NCBI GenBank assembly: GCA_018667355.1
Contig: JABIVC010000003.1
Location: 9,525-73,524, forward strand
Direction of reading: 5' to 3'
From: Gammaproteobacteria bacterium
GTDB lineage: Bacteria; Pseudomonadota; Gammaproteobacteria; GCA-002705445; GCA-002716945
Length of the DNA: 64,000 nucleotides
Notes under the pieces: model-generated
Databases searched by the model: none
Seen by the model: the letters and a program-made list of their open reading frames with translations, nothing else
What the model was told of the DNA's origin: nothing
Translations under genes and position numbers: made by a program
In this document: in pieces, positions 1 to 11,281 of the stretch
How positions within the stretch are numbered: position 1 is the stretch's first letter
Layout: each line of letters begins with the position of its first letter

Positions 1-203
1 ATATGGTTAGAAATATTATTGGCGCTCTTATTGATATCGGTATATCTAAATATGAACCTAAACATATTAAGTATTTAATCAATTCTCATGATAGAAAAAA
101 ATGCAGTAAGATGGTTTTGCCCAATGGTTTATATTTAAAAAATATCAGTTATGATAAGAAATATAATATTATTTCCGATGACACATTTCCATTCTTTGAA
201 TGA
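1..203 (+). CDS. truA: tRNA pseudouridine(38-40) synthase TruA, 3' part (5' end outside window)
   Basis: C-terminal MVRNIIGAL...PNGLYL motif; lies directly upstream of trpF. Confidence 0.9.
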   Translation, partial: MVRNIIGALIDIGISKYEPKHIKYLINSHDRKKCSKMVLPNGLYLKNISYDKKYNIISDDTFPFFE

Positions 204-248
204 ACCCTCTATTACTTACTCCTTAATATAAATACATGTTAATATATA

Positions 249-911
249 TTGATGAAAAAGACTCTCATAAAAATATGTGGTATGACAAATACTGATGATA
301 TCAAATGCGCAAATGATATGAGCGAGATTGACTATGTTGGTATGATATTCGCAGAAAAGAGCCCTAGATGTATAAATATTGATATTGCGGAAAAACTCAT
401 TACTGCATGTGATAATAAAAAAGTTGTTGCAGTATTTATGAATCAAGAAAAAGATTATATCACTAATGTAATCAATAATCTTAATCTTGATATTTTACAA
501 TTCCATGGCAATGAGTCACTAGAGTTTTGTAATCAGTTTGAGAGACCTTTTATTAAAACTTTCCATGTCAAAAATGACTCACTAAATATTCAAGCAGAAT
601 TTATCAAGTATGCGCATGCAATATTGCTCGATACTTCGATAAATGATTTAGATGGTGGAACTGGAAGAACATTTGACTGGGAGATTATTAATAATAAATT
701 AATAGATGATGTCTCTTTATCTTTACCATACTTCATTGCAGGAGGGCTCAACTCTTCAAATATAAAAGATTTGATACTGAAATATAATCCTCCTGGTATT
801 GATGTTAGTAGCGGACTTGAATCAGATATTGGAAAAAAAGACCATCTGTTGATGAAAAAATTTATAGAAAATGTAAGAATATCTCAATTAGAATATTATG
901 AAAAAAATTAA
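249..911 (+). CDS. trpF: phosphoribosylanthranilate isomerase
   Basis: [25 protein letters not shown] and GIDVSSGLE motifs. Confidence 0.95.
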   Translation: MMKKTLIKICGMTNTDDIKCANDMSEIDYVGMIFAEKSPRCINIDIAEKLITACDNKKVVAVFMNQEKDYITNVINNLNLDILQFHGNESLEFCNQFERPFIKTFHVKNDSLNIQAEFIKYAHAILLDTSINDLDGGTGRTFDWEIINNKLIDDVSLSLPYFIAGGLNSSNIKDLILKYNPPGIDVSSGLESDIGKKDHLLMKKFIENVRISQLEYYEKN

Positions 912-2097
912 TTATAAATCATTTCCAGATAAAGAAGGTCACTTTGCTAAATTTGGCGGAAAATATGTATCTGAAACATTAATGTATCCACTTAATGAAC
1001 TTTATAAGGCTTATATTAAAATTGCCAAATCTACTTCATTTAAAAAAGAGTTACTGGGTGAATTAAAAAATTATGTAGGCAGACCCACGCCTATTTATCA
1101 TGCCTCTAGAATTAGCAAAGAACTTGGAAGTTGTAATGTTTATCTCAAGAGAGAAGACTTAAATCATACAGGAGCTCATAAAATTAATAATGCCATGGGT
1201 CAAGCTATGCTCGCTAAAGCTATGGGGAAGACACGTATAATTGCTGAAACTGGTGCTGGACAACATGGCGTTGCGACTGCTACTGCTTGCGCTCGTTATA
1301 ATTTAAAATGTGTAGTATATATGGGCAGTGATGATATCCAGAGACAAAAGGTAAATGTATATCGTATGAAACTTTTAGGTGCTGAAGTTATAGCGGTGGA
1401 CTCTGGTTCTAAAACTCTAAAAGATGCTTTAAATGAGGCATTACGGGATTGGGTTACAAATGTTGATGATACTCATTATATAATTGGATCTGTAGCTGGA
1501 CCACATCCTTATCCGATGATAGTAAGAGACTTTCAATCTATTATTGGCCGAGAATCTAAACAGCAAATGAAGAAGATCAATAAAAAAGCACACATCCTGG
1601 TAGCATGTGTAGGCGGAGGTTCTAATGCAATAGGGCTCTTCCACCCATATCTCGAAGATGACGTTGAAATTATTGGTGTGGAGGCTGGCGGATATGGTCT
1701 GAACACAGGGAAACATGCTGCTCCTCTCAATAAAGGAAAGCCTGGAATTTTACATGGCAATCGTACTTATATTATGGAAGATGAAAATGGACAGATAAAA
1801 TCTACCCATTCAATTTCAGCTGGTTTAGATTATCCTGGTGTTGGACCAGAACACTCATGGCTCAAAGATAATAAAAGAGTTAAATATGTAACAGTGACTG
1901 ATAAAGAAGCACTAAATGCTTTTTATTATTTAACTGAAAAAGAGGGCATTATACCTGCTCTGGAAACTGCCCATGCACTAGCTTATGCATTTAAGCTTGC
2001 TAAAACTAGGTCAAAAAAGAATATATTGATAAATTTATCAGGTAGAGGAGATAAAGATATTGATACGATAGCATCACTTCAAGGAATGAAAGTGTGA
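898..2097 (+). CDS. trpB: tryptophan synthase beta subunit
   Basis: [19 protein letters not shown] motif; [13 protein letters not shown]. Confidence 0.98.
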   Translation: MKKINYKSFPDKEGHFAKFGGKYVSETLMYPLNELYKAYIKIAKSTSFKKELLGELKNYVGRPTPIYHASRISKELGSCNVYLKREDLNHTGAHKINNAMGQAMLAKAMGKTRIIAETGAGQHGVATATACARYNLKCVVYMGSDDIQRQKVNVYRMKLLGAEVIAVDSGSKTLKDALNEALRDWVTNVDDTHYIIGSVAGPHPYPMIVRDFQSIIGRESKQQMKKINKKAHILVACVGGGSNAIGLFHPYLEDDVEIIGVEAGGYGLNTGKHAAPLNKGKPGILHGNRTYIMEDENGQIKSTHSISAGLDYPGVGPEHSWLKDNKRVKYVTVTDKEALNAFYYLTEKEGIIPALETAHALAYAFKLAKTRSKKNILINLSGRGDKDIDTIASLQGMKV

Positions 2098-2906
2098 ATA
2101 GAGTTGGTAAAATATTTTCTCTTCAGAAAAAAAATAACAGGCCAGCCTTTATAACATATTTAGTATGCGGTGATCCTGATATAACCACAACATTAAAGAT
2201 TATGAATTTGATGGTGGATTCTGGCGTAGATATTATAGAGTTAGGTGTCCCATTTACTGATCCAATTGCTGATGGACCTGTAATACAAAAAGGTGTAGAA
2301 AGAGCTTTAAAAAACAATATTTCACTAAAGAGTGTTTTAAAAGTTGTAGAGTCATTTAGAAAAGAAAATCAGAAGACGCCTATTATCTTAATGGGTTATA
2401 TGAATCCAATTGAAAGAATGGGTTATTCTAAATTCTCAAAACAAGCTAAAGCCAAGGGAGTTGACGGAGTCCTCCTTGTAGATTCTCCTCCTGAAGAGTC
2501 AGAGGATATTAATAAAATACTGATACGAAATAATTTATGTCAGATATTTCTAGCATCACCTACAACTGAAGATAAAAGGTTAATGTCAATAATTAAATTT
2601 TCCAGCGGCTATCTCTATTATGTTTCATTGAAAGGTATAACAGGCTCATCTATTACAAATTTTAATCCAATCAAAAATAATGTTAACCGTATTAGAAAGC
2701 TATCGAATAACAGTATTCCAGTTACCGTAGGCTTTGGTATAAAAAATGCAATAGCAGCCAAAAATATTGGAAAATTTTCTGATGGTATAATTATAGGTAG
2801 TTCTATAGTAGAATTAATTGAGAAACATGTGAATGATAAAGTTATAATGTATAAAAAAATTAAGTCATTTTTAGATAATATCAGTAAAAGTATAGGTGAA
2901 AAATGA
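2094..2906 (+). CDS. trpA: tryptophan synthase alpha subunit (GTG start)
   Basis: [18 protein letters not shown]; [10 protein letters not shown]. Confidence 0.97.
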   Translation: MNRVGKIFSLQKKNNRPAFITYLVCGDPDITTTLKIMNLMVDSGVDIIELGVPFTDPIADGPVIQKGVERALKNNISLKSVLKVVESFRKENQKTPIILMGYMNPIERMGYSKFSKQAKAKGVDGVLLVDSPPEESEDINKILIRNNLCQIFLASPTTEDKRLMSIIKFSSGYLYYVSLKGITGSSITNFNPIKNNVNRIRKLSNNSIPVTVGFGIKNAIAAKNIGKFSDGIIIGSSIVELIEKHVNDKVIMYKKIKSFLDNISKSIGEK

Positions 2907-3778
2907 GTTGGCTAGATAAAATATTACCTTCAAGAATAAGAGCGGAGAAGGAAGGCAAAGGATCTGTTCCTGAAGGGCTATGGCATAAATGTCCTAATTG
3001 TGATGCAGTAATTTATAGAGCTGAATTTGAAAAAAATCTCAATGTATGTCCAAAATGTAATCATCATGGCAGAATATCAGCCCGTAAAAGAGCTGACTTA
3101 ATCTTAGACAGCGATGATAGAATGGAACTATTCCCTGATATTATGCCTGTGGATATGCTTAACTTTAAGGATAAAGAGAAATATAAAGATAAATTATCAA
3201 CTACCCAGAAAAGAACTGGCGAAAAAGATGCAATGTTAGTCTTTAAAGGTAAAATTAATAAGATACCAGCAGTCCTATGCATATTTGAATATTCCTTCTT
3301 TGGTGGGTCTATGGGATCCGTTGTTGGGGAAAAATTCGCTTTAGCTGTTAAAAAATGTATTGAAGAAAAAAAACCTCTAATTTGTTTTTCAGCAAGTGGA
3401 GGAGCTAGAATGCAAGAATCATTATTTTCTCTATTCCAAATGGCTAAAACAAGTGCTGCTCTTAATGACTTATCTCACCATGGCTTACCATATATTTCAG
3501 TATTAACAGACCCGACAATGGGTGGAGTTTCTGCAAGTCTGGCTATGCTAGGTGATATTAACGTGGGTGAGCCAAATGCCCTCATTGGTTTTGCTGGCCC
3601 CAGAGTAATTGAACAAACAGTTGGAGAAAAACTCCCAGAAGGATTTCAACGAAGTGAGTTTCTACAAGATCATGGTGCAATAGATTTTATATTAGATAGA
3701 AATAATCAAAAAGCTGGATTGGCTGAAATAATTTCATCCCTGATGAGTAACTATAATAGTGAAAAAATATCCAAGTAA
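2903..3778 (+). CDS. accD: acetyl-CoA carboxylase carboxyltransferase beta subunit
   Basis: CPNC..CPKC zinc finger; [11 protein letters not shown]; [11 protein letters not shown]. Confidence 0.97.
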   Translation: MSWLDKILPSRIRAEKEGKGSVPEGLWHKCPNCDAVIYRAEFEKNLNVCPKCNHHGRISARKRADLILDSDDRMELFPDIMPVDMLNFKDKEKYKDKLSTTQKRTGEKDAMLVFKGKINKIPAVLCIFEYSFFGGSMGSVVGEKFALAVKKCIEEKKPLICFSASGGARMQESLFSLFQMAKTSAALNDLSHHGLPYISVLTDPTMGGVSASLAMLGDINVGEPNALIGFAGPRVIEQTVGEKLPEGFQRSEFLQDHGAIDFILDRNNQKAGLAEIISSLMSNYNSEKISK

Positions 3779-5051
3779 TTTACAGGAATGGCTTGATTGG
3801 CAACAAACCCTCCATCCACAAAACATAGACTTCAAACTAGAACGTATCAAATCAGTATATGAAAAGCTAAATATTAAAAGCATTGCTGACAAAGTTATTA
3901 TTGTTGCTGGGACAAATGGAAAAGGTTCTACTGTAGCAATATTAGAGAGTATTCTCTATGAAAACAATTTATCTGTCGGAACTTTTACCTCACCTCATAT
4001 TAAACGTTATAATGAAAGAATAAAAATAAATAAAGAAGAAGTATCATCTGATGATTTAATTAAATCATTTAAAATTATTGATAAATTAAGAGATGAAACA
4101 ACTTTAACTTATTTTGAGTTTGCAACATTGACAGCGTTTTATTTATTCAGTAAAAGAAAATTAGATTATGCGGTTTTAGAGGTAGGCCTAGGTGGCCGGC
4201 TTGATGCTACGAATATTATTGACTCAAACTTATCAATAATCACATCTATAGGAATTGATCATACTGAATTTTTAGGAACTACAATTGATAGTATTGCATT
4301 AGAAAAAGCTGGTGTGATGAGACCATTTTCTCCATGTATATATGCAGATCATGAGCCACCTGCAGTATTATTAAGTTATGCTAAAAAAAATGGGTCTAAC
4401 TTTTTATATAATCAAAATGATTTTTTCACAAAAATACAAAATGATTCATGGACATGGAAAAGTTACTCAGGTAATGAGTTAGTCTTACCTCTACTCCCAC
4501 TGATAGGGGACTTTCAATATAATCATGCAGCAGCTGCATTACAAGCTTTAGAAATCACTGAGCCATCTATAATTAATGATACAGAGTCATTAAAAAAGGG
4601 TATTGAAAATATTGCGCTGATAGGCAGATATCAAAAAATAACATCTTCACCTGAAATTATTATAGATGTTGCACATAATGCAGATTCTGCAGAAAAGTTA
4701 ATGGATAATATTGGCAGGGAAGAAAAAAAGAATACTTATGCCGTAGTTGGAATATTAAAAGATAAAGACGTGTATAGTCTAATCAAGCCGATGGCGAACA
4801 GTGTTGATAGATGGTTTTGTGGTACAATAAATAGTGAGAGAGGAATGAATGCAGTAGAAATTAAATCTCGAATGTCTAGTATCATTAATGATGATGAGGT
4901 TCTAACTTTTGATAGTATTTATCATGCATGCGCTGAAGCTCTAAAATCTTTAGGTAAAGATGACCGTCTTATTGTATATGGTTCGTTCTACACTGTTTCT
5001 GAATTTTTAGATTATTATGAGTCGATCGATAAAAATAGAGGAATCATGTAA
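3759..5051 (+). CDS. folC: bifunctional dihydrofolate/folylpolyglutamate synthase
   Basis: [28 protein letters not shown]. Confidence 0.96.
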   Translation: MKKYPSNLQEWLDWQQTLHPQNIDFKLERIKSVYEKLNIKSIADKVIIVAGTNGKGSTVAILESILYENNLSVGTFTSPHIKRYNERIKINKEEVSSDDLIKSFKIIDKLRDETTLTYFEFATLTAFYLFSKRKLDYAVLEVGLGGRLDATNIIDSNLSIITSIGIDHTEFLGTTIDSIALEKAGVMRPFSPCIYADHEPPAVLLSYAKKNGSNFLYNQNDFFTKIQNDSWTWKSYSGNELVLPLLPLIGDFQYNHAAAALQALEITEPSIINDTESLKKGIENIALIGRYQKITSSPEIIIDVAHNADSAEKLMDNIGREEKKNTYAVVGILKDKDVYSLIKPMANSVDRWFCGTINSERGMNAVEIKSRMSSIINDDEVLTFDSIYHACAEALKSLGKDDRLIVYGSFYTVSEFLDYYESIDKNRGIM

Positions 5052-5494
5052 TGAAATATAAAAATATATACCTAATTTTTTCCTTATTATTCGTGCCAAT
5101 ATATATTTTCCATGCGCCAATTATTAGCTATATTCATAATTTTGACAAAATTACTTATTCTTTGACAATGCCTGAAAACAACTTAGAAACTGATTCAGCA
5201 GATATTACAAATTTTAAAGATCTAAATATTTCTAATGATATACCTTTGCGGAAGGTAATTTCTGAATCTTGGATTATATCGTTCCCAGAGATTAACTCTG
5301 AAAAGCTAGTTAGTAATTTTAAAAATGATCTGAAAAAAATCGGGATAACTTCTGTTATTAAATTAAACTCTTCAGCTCAAACTAAAGTAGTATCGATAGG
5401 ACCATTTGTTGATAAAGATATTGCTGAAAGCATAGCGCTTAAAATTAATAAATCCCTGGGTTACTCTGGTGGTGTTAAGAGATTAAATAATTAA
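5051..5494 (+). CDS. SPOR-domain membrane protein (divergent DedD-like)
   Basis: N-terminal TM helix; C-terminal SPOR-like VSIGPF; occupies the dedD position between folC and cvpA. Confidence 0.65.
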   Translation: MKYKNIYLIFSLLFVPIYIFHAPIISYIHNFDKITYSLTMPENNLETDSADITNFKDLNISNDIPLRKVISESWIISFPEINSEKLVSNFKNDLKKIGITSVIKLNSSAQTKVVSIGPFVDKDIAESIALKINKSLGYSGGVKRLNN

Positions 5495-5985
5495 TGTCAA
5501 CTCTGGATATTGGAATCATACTATTTGTAATCTTCTGGGGGGTTAGAGGTTTCTTCAAAGGGTTTGCATCTGAAATTATTTCTTTATTAGTATGGGTTTC
5601 TGCGTTTTACTTATCAATTAAATATTTTCATATCCCATCAGGAATGATTAATGATTATATTTCATCAGCACAGGTTTCTTCCATAATTACAGTCATTTCT
5701 ATATTCGTTATAACTTTCTTGATTGCAGCTATTCTAGGTTTTATATCCTCCAAACTTATTAATTTTATTGGATTATATAATTATAATAAGATACTCGGAT
5801 TACTTTTTGGCTCAATCAAAGGTTTGGTATTTTTGTCATTTTTTACATATATCATCTATCAAACAGACTCACAAAACTATTATATGCTCAAAGAATCAGA
5901 GTTTATGCCAATTTTTAAGGATTTTTTAGATAAATATACGCAAAGAGGCAATTCACTCTTTGATAGTTTGGAATTAAAAATATAA
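5494..5985 (+). CDS. cvpA: CvpA family membrane protein
   Basis: RGFFKGFASEIISL...KILGLLFG; upstream of purF. Confidence 0.88.
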   Translation: MSTLDIGIILFVIFWGVRGFFKGFASEIISLLVWVSAFYLSIKYFHIPSGMINDYISSAQVSSIITVISIFVITFLIAAILGFISSKLINFIGLYNYNKILGLLFGSIKGLVFLSFFTYIIYQTDSQNYYMLKESEFMPIFKDFLDKYTQRGNSLFDSLELKI

Positions 5986-5995
5986 GATATAGCAT

Positions 5996-7501
5996 ATGTG
6001 CGGAATAGTTGCGGTTTATGGGACAAATAATGTAGTTCGCGATATTTATGAATCGTTAACTGTGCTGCAACATCGTGGTCAAGATGCATCAGGAATTCTT
6101 ACGAATCATGAAGGCAAAATTCTTCTTAGAAAATCTCTGGGATTAGTGAGGGATGGGTTTGATGCTCGTCATATATCACGCTTAAAAGGTAAGCTAGGAA
6201 TTGGGCATGTTAGATACCCTACTGCAGGCCAAGCTGACAGCTCATCAGAAGCTCAGCCTTTTTATGTAAATTCACCATATGGAATAGGACTTGCGCATAA
6301 TGGGAATTTAATAAATTCTGCAGAATTAAAAAGTAACCTTTTTTCTGAAGATTTGAGACATATTAACACTAAATCAGACTCTGAAATTTTATTAAATATT
6401 TTTGCTCATGAGTTGCATTTGCATAGTAAAGAGTCCTTTACTCCAGATGATGTATTTTATGCAGTAGCTGGCGTTCATCGCAGAGTAAAAGGTGCTTATG
6501 CTGTTGTTACGTTAATATCTGATAGAGGCATAGTTGCATTTCGCGACCCAATGGGTATCAGACCATTGTGTTTTGGTACTAGAGAAATAGATGGAAAAAC
6601 TGAGACAATGATTGCCTCAGAATCTGTGGCCCTTGATAGCGCAGGTTTTAAGCTAGAACGAGATATTCTACCTGGTGAAGCAGTTTTCGTTGATATTGAC
6701 GGTAACATTCATTCACGATTATGCACAGAAAATACTGGGCATACACCATGTATATTTGAGTATGTTTATTTCGCCAGACCAGATTCAATTATTGATGGTA
6801 TTTCTGTTTATACAGCTAGAATGAAAATGGGGCAAAACCTTGCTAAAAAAATTATTAGAACATGGAAAGATCATGATATTGATGTTGTTATGCCAATACC
6901 TGACACTAGTCGAATATCTGCATTAGAACTATCTGTATCACTTAAAGTCCCATTCAGGGAAGGTTTTATAAAAAATAGATATATTGGCCGTACATTCATT
7001 ATGCCTGAGCAGTCTCAGAGAGCTAAATCTGTAAAAAGAAAATTAAATGCTATAGCTTCTGAGTTCAAAGGTAAGAATGTACTTTTAGTAGATGATTCTA
7101 TAGTACGTGGCACTACATCAAAACAAATTATTGATATGGCTAGAGAAGCTGGGGCAAAAAAAGTTTATATGGCCTCCGCTGCGCCAGCAGTTAAACATCC
7201 TAATGTATATGGTATTGATATGCCAGCTAGTAATGAATTTGCTGCCGATGGAAGGACAGAAAAAGAAATATCAAGTTTAATTGGAGCTGATAGACTTGTC
7301 TATCAAGATCTCTCTGATTTAGTTAAATCAGTTAAAGATTCAGGGTCATCTATAAAAAATTTTGATTCATCTTGTTTTGATGGCAAATATGTTACAGATG
7401 ATGTAACTGAAGAATACCTAAAAGAACTTGATGACCTGCGCAATGATGCTGCAAAAAACAAGAACCCTTCAGATTCACATGATGATGTTATGGTGTATTA
7501 G
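5996..7501 (+). CDS. purF: amidophosphoribosyltransferase
   Basis: MCGIV N-terminal nucleophile; LQHRGQD; [10 protein letters not shown]. Confidence 0.98.
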   Translation: MCGIVAVYGTNNVVRDIYESLTVLQHRGQDASGILTNHEGKILLRKSLGLVRDGFDARHISRLKGKLGIGHVRYPTAGQADSSSEAQPFYVNSPYGIGLAHNGNLINSAELKSNLFSEDLRHINTKSDSEILLNIFAHELHLHSKESFTPDDVFYAVAGVHRRVKGAYAVVTLISDRGIVAFRDPMGIRPLCFGTREIDGKTETMIASESVALDSAGFKLERDILPGEAVFVDIDGNIHSRLCTENTGHTPCIFEYVYFARPDSIIDGISVYTARMKMGQNLAKKIIRTWKDHDIDVVMPIPDTSRISALELSVSLKVPFREGFIKNRYIGRTFIMPEQSQRAKSVKRKLNAIASEFKGKNVLLVDDSIVRGTTSKQIIDMAREAGAKKVYMASAAPAVKHPNVYGIDMPASNEFAADGRTEKEISSLIGADRLVYQDLSDLVKSVKDSGSSIKNFDSSCFDGKYVTDDVTEEYLKELDDLRNDAAKNKNPSDSHDDVMVY

Positions 7502-7504
7502 ATA

Positions 7505-8101
7505 ATGTCAGATACTGAGCTTTTAATAACAAAAGCAGTAGGCAAGATATTTACCGAAAGATTTCCTTCAATAAATTCAGAAAAATATATCTTAGTATTA
7601 CCATCTAAACAAATGCTTTTTCTAATCACAAGTAGTAGCATTGCCTCATCATACCCTATATCTACATCAAAGTTTGGACTTGGAAATCAAAATGATTCAT
7701 TTAAAACTCCATTAGGTCTTCATTACATTTCAGACAAGATTGGAAACGATGCACCAAAGATGACTATATTTAGAGGAAGAAAGACTTTAAAAGGTGAACT
7801 TACGTTATCTGATTTAGATCTTCCTGAAAATAAAGAAATCCGTAATAAGCACTTTTTGTCTCATGAAGATGTAATCACTTCAAGAATATTATGGCTAAAA
7901 GGCCATGAAGAAGGGATTAATAAAGGTAAAAATATTGATAGTTATTCACGATATATTTATATACACGGAACAGCTCATGAAGATAAAATTGGTACACCAG
8001 CTTCACATGGGTGCGTCAGAATGAATAATGATGATGTCATTGAGTTATTTAATAATACATTTATTGGTATGCCTGTCCTCATATCGGATTTAACAGATTA
8101 A
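7505..8101 (+). CDS. L,D-transpeptidase (YkuD family)
   Basis: IYIHGT...ASHGCVRM catalytic His/Cys motif; TPLGLH. Confidence 0.88.
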   Translation: MSDTELLITKAVGKIFTERFPSINSEKYILVLPSKQMLFLITSSSIASSYPISTSKFGLGNQNDSFKTPLGLHYISDKIGNDAPKMTIFRGRKTLKGELTLSDLDLPENKEIRNKHFLSHEDVITSRILWLKGHEEGINKGKNIDSYSRYIYIHGTAHEDKIGTPASHGCVRMNNDDVIELFNNTFIGMPVLISDLTD

Positions 8102-8129
8102 TATTACAAACAATCGTGGTGAAATTATT

Positions 8130-8489
8130 ATGACTGAAATATTAATAAAAGATCTGAAAAACATAATATCTGATCTTATAAATACTCCTATATTGATTGA
8201 TAAGTTAGATGAATTAAGAATACAATATGCAGAAATAACTGAGAAATTAGAAAATATAGATATAAATAAAGATAGCAGTCTTTTTGAAACCTTAAAAGAT
8301 CAAAGGCTTAAACTAGAAAATCCTCTAAAAAATTTCATAAACTATAAAAATACAATCATATTAATAAAAGAATGCAAAGATACTATCTCAAAAAGCAAAA
8401 ATAATGAAATTACAACTATTGCAAAAAAAAAATTAAAGGAGAGCTTACGCCTAAAAACAATATTAGAAGAAAGTTTAATAAGGTTATAA
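8130..8489 (+). CDS. hypothetical helical protein resembling the isolated N-terminal domain 1 of class I release factor (RF1)
   Basis: 119-aa ORF on the operon strand; gap-free by-eye similarity to RF1 residues about 1-100; no GGQ or PxT motif. Confidence 0.6.
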   Translation: MTEILIKDLKNIISDLINTPILIDKLDELRIQYAEITEKLENIDINKDSSLFETLKDQRLKLENPLKNFINYKNTIILIKECKDTISKSKNNEITTIAKKKLKESLRLKTILEESLIRL

Positions 8490-9146
8490 AGCCAATATTT
8501 TAATTAAATCTATAGGGTTTGTTATATTTATATCTGCATTCCATGACAGGATATCTTTTTCGGGTCCCACAAAACCAAAGTCTGCAGCTACTGTCAACAT
8601 ACCTGCATTTTTACCTGCTAAAATATCTCTCTCGTCATCTCCTATATAGACAGTATTTTCAGCAGTCACCTCTGCCATATCAATAGCTTTTAATAAACCT
8701 TCTGGATTAGGCTTAGTTTCTTTAAGCATATCACCAGTAACTAGATATTTCACATCTCTAGCAATAGTCAAACCTTCAAGTATTTTATTAACATATTTTG
8801 AATGTTTATTTGTTACAATTCCCCACTTAATATTATTCTTTTTTATATATCCTAATAATTTTGAGATACCATCTACCATCTTTGTATGAACGAAGGTATT
8901 GATTGAGTACTCTTGCAAAAAATCAGCTCTTATGGATGATGAGTCTATCGGTCTCCCATTAACTTTTGAAGCATAGTCTATAATACCAACTGCACCTTTA
9001 GAAATATGAAGCTTCAATTCATTACAACATACATTTATAAATTTTTTTTCTGTCAAGATAGTATTTAATGCATCACACATATCTTTGGAGGTATCTGCGA
9101 ATGTTCCATCTAAGTCAAATAATATACATTCTATATCTTTGTTCAT
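8484..9146 (-). CDS. HAD-family phosphatase (Gph/MupP-like)
   Basis: FDLDGT, VTNK, KPNP and YIGDDERDI HAD motifs; follows ubiG. Confidence 0.85.
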   Translation of the reverse strand: MNKDIECILFDLDGTFADTSKDMCDALNTILTEKKFINVCCNELKLHISKGAVGIIDYASKVNGRPIDSSSIRADFLQEYSINTFVHTKMVDGISKLLGYIKKNNIKWGIVTNKHSKYVNKILEGLTIARDVKYLVTGDMLKETKPNPEGLLKAIDMAEVTAENTVYIGDDERDILAGKNAGMLTVAADFGFVGPEKDILSWNADINITNPIDLIKILAL

Positions 9147-9835
9147 TTTTTTGTGGAGGTCATGAAATAATTGATTTTAGTCATACTTGATAACGAAAAG
9201 GTATGATCTATAGGGTTTAGTTTGACACCAGATACATCATCAATTTTAAATCCAGCAAGCTCCAGTAATAGCGCTAACTCTGATGGTTTAATAAACTTTT
9301 CATATTGATGTGTACCTTGTGGGACAATTTTTAAAAAATATTCTGCAATAACTTTAGCAAAAGCGAAGGAGACAATATTCCTATTAATCGTTGAGAAGAA
9401 TAATGTTGAATTCTTTTTTGTAACTTCAGAAATACTATGAATTAGCTTTTCCTGATCAGGGACATGCTCGATAAGCTCAAAACATATAACTACATCAAAT
9501 TTTTTTTTATTTTTCTCAATATAAGATTCTAGGGTAGAGCATATATATTCGATATTTAGATTACTTTCTTTAGCATGTTGCTTAGCTATGTTGATAGTTT
9601 TTTCTGACGCATCTAATCCTGTTATTTTAGCGCCTTTTTTTGATAACTCTTCAGCAAGTAGTCCTCCACCACAACCTATATCTAGAATACGAAGACCTTT
9701 AATATTGATAGTATTCTGAATATAGTCAACTCTTATTGGTGTCAGGTTATGTATTAGTTTGTATGGGCCTCTTTTATTCCACCATTCATGCGCATATATA
9801 TCAAAATTATCTATTTCTTTTTTATCAATATTCAT
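9143..9835 (-). CDS. ubiG: ubiquinone biosynthesis O-methyltransferase
   Basis: LDIGCGGGLLAE; ELIEHVPD; GTHQYEKFIKPSE. Confidence 0.95.
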   Translation of the reverse strand: MNIDKKEIDNFDIYAHEWWNKRGPYKLIHNLTPIRVDYIQNTINIKGLRILDIGCGGGLLAEELSKKGAKITGLDASEKTINIAKQHAKESNLNIEYICSTLESYIEKNKKKFDVVICFELIEHVPDQEKLIHSISEVTKKNSTLFFSTINRNIVSFAFAKVIAEYFLKIVPQGTHQYEKFIKPSELALLLELAGFKIDDVSGVKLNPIDHTFSLSSMTKINYFMTSTKK

Positions 9836-9838
9836 AGC

Positions 9839-11116
9839 TCAAACCTTAGAATTAATCAACCCAGTAAATTCATCATATAACATATTTTCATTCATTGTCA
9901 GGAGCTTTTTATTTTTTAATATTTGCTTACCTGAAATCCATACATTTTCAATATTATCAGATATAAGTTCATTCTCAATAGAGTTATACAAGCTAAGTGA
10001 ATTTACATCAATATCATCTACTTTTATAGAAATAATATCAGCACTATAATTAGCTTTAATTTTCCCCATATTAAAATTAAGACCTAGTGCATTTGCTCCA
10101 TTATGCATTATTAGCCCCAACAATTCTTTTTTATCTAGATGATTATTTTTATCTTTATTCAATTTTGATAAAAGCCAAACTAATCTCATTTCTGTGAATA
10201 AATCTAGACTATTGTTAATCGCGCATTCTCCTGTTCCGAGCGAAACTTTGATTTTATTTTTTAAAAAATATTCTGTATTACATTTCATATTATGATTTAT
10301 AATATTTGAAGTTGGTGAATGAACAACATGAACTTTATATTTTTTCATTAGATTTATATCTGATTGTATTACATGAAAAGGGTTAATTGCAGTGAATGTG
10401 CTACTCAATAAACCCATTTCTTCTAAAAACCTAATCGGCCTATGTTTATATTTCTTTTTAAATATATTTAGTTTATTTAGATCTTCATGTAAATACATCC
10501 TGACTGGGACATCTAATTCACTAATTATTTTAGAAACTTTTTCAAATCCTTTCCTTGATAACATATTAATAGAATTAAGATTTAAATATAATTTAGTAGA
10601 TGGATTGTCTCTATATTCATCAAAAAAACTAATGCTCTTCTTGAAATACTCTTGTTCTTTATTCGCCCAGTTAGTTTTATAGCTCATTATAGGTAGTCCA
10701 ATGTTTGCCCTTATTCCAGATTCAATAGCTGCCTTAAGTACTATGTCTGGATAAGTACTTGTATCTGTGAATGTAGTTATTCCATTTTTAATCATCTTAC
10801 AAATTATAACTTTTGCTGATAAGCTTAAATACATTTTATTTTTTAAATCATCTCTATTTGTAATTGTCTTATTTTTTAAATATTTTTTTGAAAAAATATA
10901 TGGTGTAGAAATATTATTATTCACTAGGCCGGGAACTATTATATGATTTTTTAGTATTAGATGACTATTTGTTGAATATTTGTTTAGTATTTCTCTTGAT
11001 GGCCGAACTTCTTTTATAATATTCCCCTCAATAGCAATTGAATGATCCTCTAATAAACAATCATTTTTTGATGATAATACCCATTTTGGACTTATTATTT
11101 TATCAATATTTTGCAT
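9839..11116 (-). CDS. MtaD/TRZ-ATZ amidohydrolase-family protein with degenerate metal site
   Basis: PGLVN, GITTFTD, VHSPTSN, SLGT, GKIKANYSADII scaffold; position next to ubiG; HxH and Asp ligands replaced. Confidence 0.8.
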   Translation of the reverse strand: MQNIDKIISPKWVLSSKNDCLLEDHSIAIEGNIIKEVRPSREILNKYSTNSHLILKNHIIVPGLVNNNISTPYIFSKKYLKNKTITNRDDLKNKMYLSLSAKVIICKMIKNGITTFTDTSTYPDIVLKAAIESGIRANIGLPIMSYKTNWANKEQEYFKKSISFFDEYRDNPSTKLYLNLNSINMLSRKGFEKVSKIISELDVPVRMYLHEDLNKLNIFKKKYKHRPIRFLEEMGLLSSTFTAINPFHVIQSDINLMKKYKVHVVHSPTSNIINHNMKCNTEYFLKNKIKVSLGTGECAINNSLDLFTEMRLVWLLSKLNKDKNNHLDKKELLGLIMHNGANALGLNFNMGKIKANYSADIISIKVDDIDVNSLSLYNSIENELISDNIENVWISGKQILKNKKLLTMNENMLYDEFTGLINSKV

Positions 11117-11235
11117 ATTAATTATTATACTAAATTTAATATGATTTTAGAGTTAAATCTGTCAAATACCCATAATATCCATTTAAAAGCTATTCTAGCT
11201 ATCTTATAAATTATGTCGTGTATACCAAAGGTTTA

Positions 11236-11244
11236 TGATAAAAT
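11236..11244 (+). promoter_or_regulatory. candidate extended -10 promoter of gyrA (TG-A-TAAAAT)
   Basis: TGATAAAAT ending 37 nt upstream of the gyrA ATG; chance matches are likely in AT-rich DNA. Confidence 0.35.
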
Positions 11245-11281
11245 AGTTATTTAATAACGTATAAATGAATATCAGCAATAT

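Noticed and set aside
5494-5985. Bacteriocin system suggested by the name colicin V production protein
   Set aside because: CvpA is a housekeeping membrane protein routinely found before purF; no toxin or immunity genes are nearby.
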